A stretch of DNA of 64,000 nucleotides from contig CACOMK010000001.1 of NCBI GenBank assembly GCA_902628305.1, forward strand, positions 44,980 to 108,979. The letters run 5' to 3'. Made by a program: the position numbers and the translations under genes. This document shows positions 60,961 to 64,000 of this stretch, piece after piece. This stretch comes from an uncultured Pelagibacteraceae bacterium (lineage in GTDB: Bacteria; Pseudomonadota; Alphaproteobacteria; Pelagibacterales; Pelagibacteraceae). The notes under the pieces are model-generated. The model searched no databases. It was not told the DNA's origin and worked only from the letters and a program-made list of their open reading frames with translations. How positions within the stretch are numbered: position 1 is the first letter of the stretch; each line of letters begins with the position of its first letter.

Positions 60961-62289
60961 ATGACGTCATTACCTTCCAAAGCTAAAGTTGTTATTATTG
61001 GTGGTGGTATTCATGGTTTAAGTACCGCGTGGAAACTTTCTGAAACATATAAAAATCCTGGTGATGTAATTGTATTAGAAAAAAAAGATACGGCAGCAGG
61101 AGCTAGTGGAATTGCTTGTGGGGTTGTTAGAAATAATTATTTTCAACCAGCTATGAGAGAGCTTATGGCTCATTCAGTTTCAGTTTGGGAGAGTGATCCT
61201 AAAGCATTTAGGTATAATCCTGTTGGATACATGCAAATATCACCGGAAGTAATGCATGAAGATGTGGCCAGTATTTATAATCAACAAAAAGCAATTGGAT
61301 ATGAGTCGGTCTTTATAGAGGGAGAAAAAGATTGTTCAAACTACATGAAAGGTATTTTTGACGACTGGCAAGCTAAAGGAATAACTTCAGTTCTGCATGA
61401 AAAAAAAGGTGGTTACGCCTTCAATAAAGATTCAATTAAAGCTCTTGAGAGTAAAGCAAATTCAAATGGTGTAAATGTTCACAAAGGTGTTACCGTAACT
61501 GGCTTCAAAAGAGGCAGTAATAGTAATGCGGTAACTGGAGTAGTAACAAATTTAGGGACTATAGAATGTGATCAGGTAGTTGTTGGAGCTGGTCCATGGG
61601 TAAGAGATTTTTGGAATATGCTTGAGTTACCTAAATCTACAGAGATCAAAGGTAAAGATGGAAAAATGCATGAAGTTGAAATGTGGAAATATTGGTTTTT
61701 ACAAGAGGGTGTTCTAGGTGTTGATGCAGATTATTTAAAAACTAATGATGGTAAACAGCCTCCAGTAATACACGTAGATACAGATGCACCTTTATACTCA
61801 GACAAAGATAAAAAATTAATCACTGATGAGCTTTGGGGTATTTATTATAAACCCGACATAGAAGGCTTGGGAGTTCAAGGAGGGACTTCTCCGTATATTG
61901 TGCAAAAACATTTTGATAAAGTAAATGTTGATCCATATGGAATTGAGTCCCCTGAATATCAAACGACTGACAAATTTGCTGACATGTGGACATCAGCACT
62001 TGCACATATTCAAAAAAGATTTGAGGGAAAATCTGATTTGTACAGAAAAGGTCCATCTGGTGGTCTTGGTTGTTTGACCCCAGACTCTTTCCCTATATTT
62101 GATAGATTTTTTGAAAATGTTTATATGATTGCTGACGCTAACCATGGTTATAAAATGATTGGTGTTGGGCATTTGGTTGCGCAAGAAATTTTAGGTCAAG
62201 AAAGTGACTTATTAAAACCGTTTAGATACGATCGTTACGCTAAGGGGGAACTTCACCCCACTTCGAACAGTCCGTTTCCTTGGAGTTAA
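60961..62289 (+). CDS. FAD-dependent amine oxidoreductase (DAO/MgdA/SoxB-like)
   Basis: GGGIHG, GASGIACGVVRNNY, TPDSFP, NHGYKM. Confidence 0.8.
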   Translation: MTSLPSKAKVVIIGGGIHGLSTAWKLSETYKNPGDVIVLEKKDTAAGASGIACGVVRNNYFQPAMRELMAHSVSVWESDPKAFRYNPVGYMQISPEVMHEDVASIYNQQKAIGYESVFIEGEKDCSNYMKGIFDDWQAKGITSVLHEKKGGYAFNKDSIKALESKANSNGVNVHKGVTVTGFKRGSNSNAVTGVVTNLGTIECDQVVVGAGPWVRDFWNMLELPKSTEIKGKDGKMHEVEMWKYWFLQEGVLGVDADYLKTNDGKQPPVIHVDTDAPLYSDKDKKLITDELWGIYYKPDIEGLGVQGGTSPYIVQKHFDKVNVDPYGIESPEYQTTDKFADMWTSALAHIQKRFEGKSDLYRKGPSGGLGCLTPDSFPIFDRFFENVYMIADANHGYKMIGVGHLVAQEILGQESDLLKPFRYDRYAKGELHPTSNSPFPWS

Positions 62290-62356
62290 TTTATCTAAGT
62301 AGACAAACGTTTTTTTTTCAGTTACCTTTTTGATCTAGAAATTCAAAAGGGGGAAA

Positions 62357-63826
62357 ATGACTGATTTAGAAAAACATGTAAATCAACCAGGTAGAGCAAA
62401 ACTGGTCAAAAAGGTTAGAGAAAAAATCAAAGAATTAGGAATAACTTACATTTATTTTCAATTTATATCTGTTACAGGAAGAGTTGTAGGTAAAGGAATA
62501 CCAGCAGATCATTGGGAAAGAACTGCAGAAAAAGGTTTTCAATTAGTTTATGGATCGACTGCAAATTTATTTTTAGATCGTCATAATAATTACATTGGCT
62601 ATGGGCCAGAAGCAATGGAGTTGGTTGGAATTCCAGATCCAGAAACCTTCGTACAGTTACCATGGGATAAAAGAGTTGGAAGAGTATTTTGTACATGTTT
62701 TAGAAACCGGGAAGAAAGAGAAAATCCAGGAGGTCACCTTACGTCTGATTGCAGAGGAAATTTAAGAATTTTCATGGATGAATTTCAAAAAAAACATGGG
62801 CTAGAGTTAAGAGTTGGAACTGAACCTGAAATGATGTGGTTAACTAAAAATGATGATGGAACACCGACTGGTAAAGGTTTTTCAAAACCATTCTGTTATC
62901 ATATTGATCAGTTTGAGTCGTTAAGACCTGTTTTTATGAAAGTGATTGAATACTCTAATGCTATGGGCTTAGATATGATACAAGGAGATCATGAAGATGC
63001 CCCAGGACAACTAGAGCTTAACTGGACTTTCGATAATGTCTTAAGAAATGCAGATAGACTATCAACTTATAGACAAATTTGTGCACAAGTTGCTAGAGAA
63101 CATGGTTTAATAGCTTGCTTTATGACAAAACCATTCATGGGTGTATCTGCAAGTGGTTGTCATACAAACATGTCATTATGGAAAGGTGGAAAGGTTTCTG
63201 TAAATAAGTTAGGTCATAAATCTTTGCCAGGTGTTGATGAGGTATTTAGCTATGTTTCAGGAGGAACAAATACTTTCATGCCTGATACTAAAGATCCGCA
63301 ACTGCCTGGAAAAATTGGATTACAATCAATAGCAGGAATTATGCAACATTTACCAGCATTAACTGCTCTTGGATCTTCAACTGTAAATTCATACAGAAGA
63401 TTATGGGACCAAGGATTTTGGGCTCCTGTTTATGCTGACTGGGGATATCAAAATAGAACCTGTGGATTAAGAGTGTCTGCTCCAGGAAGATTTGAATACA
63501 GATCAGTGGACTCTATGCATAATCCATACTTGTTAGGTGCCGCTTTATTGAAAGCTTGTGATGAAGGTATAAGCAAAAAAATGAAACCAGCAGCTCCTGA
63601 GTCTAGGAATATTTATGAAGCTCAAAAAGCTGGTAAAGATGTTAAAAAACTTCCATTAAGCCTAGGTGAAGCTTTAGATAGACTTGCAGAGGATGAAGTA
63701 ATTAAATCTGCAATGCCAGATGAAATGTACAAAGTTTTTCATTGGTATAAGAATGATGAGTGGGAAAGATTCTTGGGTGCAACCACACAGTGGGATCTGG
63801 ACACTTATCTTGATTGTCTACCGTAG
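62357..63826 (+). CDS. gmaS: Gamma-glutamylmethylamide synthetase (GS-like)
   Basis: GTEPE, DHEDAPGQLE, FMTKP, SGCH, NRT, FEYR; methylamine gene context. Confidence 0.85.
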   Translation: MTDLEKHVNQPGRAKLVKKVREKIKELGITYIYFQFISVTGRVVGKGIPADHWERTAEKGFQLVYGSTANLFLDRHNNYIGYGPEAMELVGIPDPETFVQLPWDKRVGRVFCTCFRNREERENPGGHLTSDCRGNLRIFMDEFQKKHGLELRVGTEPEMMWLTKNDDGTPTGKGFSKPFCYHIDQFESLRPVFMKVIEYSNAMGLDMIQGDHEDAPGQLELNWTFDNVLRNADRLSTYRQICAQVAREHGLIACFMTKPFMGVSASGCHTNMSLWKGGKVSVNKLGHKSLPGVDEVFSYVSGGTNTFMPDTKDPQLPGKIGLQSIAGIMQHLPALTALGSSTVNSYRRLWDQGFWAPVYADWGYQNRTCGLRVSAPGRFEYRSVDSMHNPYLLGAALLKACDEGISKKMKPAAPESRNIYEAQKAGKDVKKLPLSLGEALDRLAEDEVIKSAMPDEMYKVFHWYKNDEWERFLGATTQWDLDTYLDCLP

Positions 63827-63856
63827 GTCGTTAAATAGAAAGGGTATAAATATATT

Positions 63857-64000
63857 ATGTGTGGAATAGCAGGTTTAATTCATAGAGGTAAATCTTCTAA
63901 TGTTGGTAGTGAATTACAAGGAATGCTCCAAGCATTAAAACATAGAGGAGAAGACTCAACAGGATATGCCTTATACGGTGACACGGATGGCAAGCATTTT
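63857..64000 (+). CDS. mgsA: Class II (Ntn) amidotransferase, N-methylglutamate synthase subunit A (partial)
   Basis: MCGIAGL...HRGEDSTG; follows gmaS. Confidence 0.75.
   Translation, partial: MCGIAGLIHRGKSSNVGSELQGMLQALKHRGEDSTGYALYGDTDGKHF

Noticed and set aside
6118-62696. Many 60-143 aa antisense or alternate-frame ORFs (e.g. 6379-6723, 15935-16366, 27922-28353, 34093-34308, 57430-57744)
   Set aside because: Shadows of well-supported genes, with no motifs and often non-ATG starts
62357-63826. Housekeeping glutamine synthetase glnA
   Set aside because: Divergent sequence and position between tdm and mgsA favour GmaS

Overview
AT-rich, tightly packed alphaproteobacterial DNA with many TAATG/ATGA gene overlaps. 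Gene content and style point to Pelagibacter/SAR11 (inference). The window is almost wholly a methylamine, methylated-osmolyte and C1 supercluster. It contains an Fe(III) ABC transporter under tandem Fur-like boxes, LysR-acuI, folE/hisI, and an ~18 kb minus-strand run (Rieske oxygenase, BHMT, two DMG-dehydrogenase-like GcvT proteins, methyltransferase, DddP-like M24 protein, a short APS-kinase-like + HxGH nucleotidyltransferase pair, BesD-family oxygenase, crotonase, BT1 folate carrier, ETF/ETF-QO). It also has a betaine-type binding protein and permease with metF-like and gcvT-like genes, a dipeptidase/hypothetical/DUF3726 module, purEK, csp, soxBDAG, fhs, tmm, glpK/gpsA, tmoXWV, tdm, gmaS and the start of mgsA. 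I saw no tRNA, rRNA, CRISPR or mobile element. Best leads: (1) the uncharacterised catabolic operon with the DddP-like protein and the kinase/nucleotidyltransferase pair; (2) a 62-aa CxxC ORF plus a potentially switchable structured RNA inside the iron-uptake operon; (3) the DUF3726 module with an unannotated C4 zinc-finger microprotein; (4) a candidate for the dimethylamine step missing from this window. All product calls come from motif recognition; no searches were run.
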